The notes under the pieces were generated by a model. It did not search any database and was not told the origin of the DNA. It saw nothing but the letters and a program-made list of their open reading frames with translations. A stretch of DNA of 64,000 nt. Origin: Podarcis melisellensis. Taxonomy: Eukaryota. The position numbers and the translations under genes are program-made. The stretch lies in the NCBI GenBank assembly GCA_964234715.1, contig OZ174284.1. One strand, written 5' to 3'. Of this stretch, positions 63,486 through 64,000 are shown piece by piece (position 1 is the first letter of the stretch; each line of letters opens with the position of its first letter).

Positions 63486-64000
63486 TTTTAAACACTAAAA
63501 AAATGAGGTTTTGTATCCCCAAACTCAAAAGTTTATATTTCCCTGTACCCCAAAATAAACACTGGGATGCCCCATATCATACACCTGCACAATCACAGCA
63601 ATAATGGTTGTTCAGAGTTATCATGCTTCCAAAATACTCATAAATGCATGAGTCTCCAGACACACACATAATTAGTTGCATTAATTGATATGGGCTTTTC
63701 ATTTTTCCTCAGGCTTCCCTAAATACCATACATAAATTCAAAGATTTCTGTGTTTCAAATTCTGTGGTTTTGTATGATTCCTCTAATAGCTTTTGTACTT
63801 GACCATGGGGAAATGTTCAAGCAGTGATACTGATGCATAATAGAACGTCCCTTTTATCATCTGAAGAATATTAGAGAGTATATGATATGCTGGAAGACAG
63901 ATCCCCAGTTAGCTACTTTGAGCACTGGTTTTTATGCCCAGGGATCTGATTTAGTATAAGTCAGCTTCCTGTTTTCCCATATTTATATGATTCTGCAGAA

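Noticed and set aside
26150-64000. Naming the host gene
   Set aside because: No coding exon is recognisable, so any gene symbol would be a guess.

Overview
This is eukaryotic, repeat-rich genomic DNA from a squamate reptile. The Sauria-SINE and Squam3-type SINEs suggest a lacertid lizard (inferred from repeat content only). I can identify no intact host protein-coding exon. The window is centred on a CpG-island promoter (~26.1-27.3 kb) with outward-facing splice donors on both strands, consistent with a bidirectional promoter flanked by long introns; several probable non-coding exons lie on the + strand. The largest structure is a three-tier nest at ~10.9-16.2 kb: an old L1 3' fragment, into which a younger 5'-truncated L1 with an almost intact ORF2 inserted, which is itself split just upstream of the RT FADD motif by a 2.2-kb Tigger/pogo-like TIR element carrying ~25 copies of a 60-bp GC-rich hairpin minisatellite. 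That array explains the spurious 400-590 aa ORFs. Also present: many Tc1/mariner-pogo MITEs, hAT MITEs with 8-bp TSDs, a deleted Charlie/Buster-type hAT, solo-LTR candidates, L2/CR1 debris, microsatellites, a 150-N gap, a palindrome of two SINE 5' ends and a templated-insertion scar.
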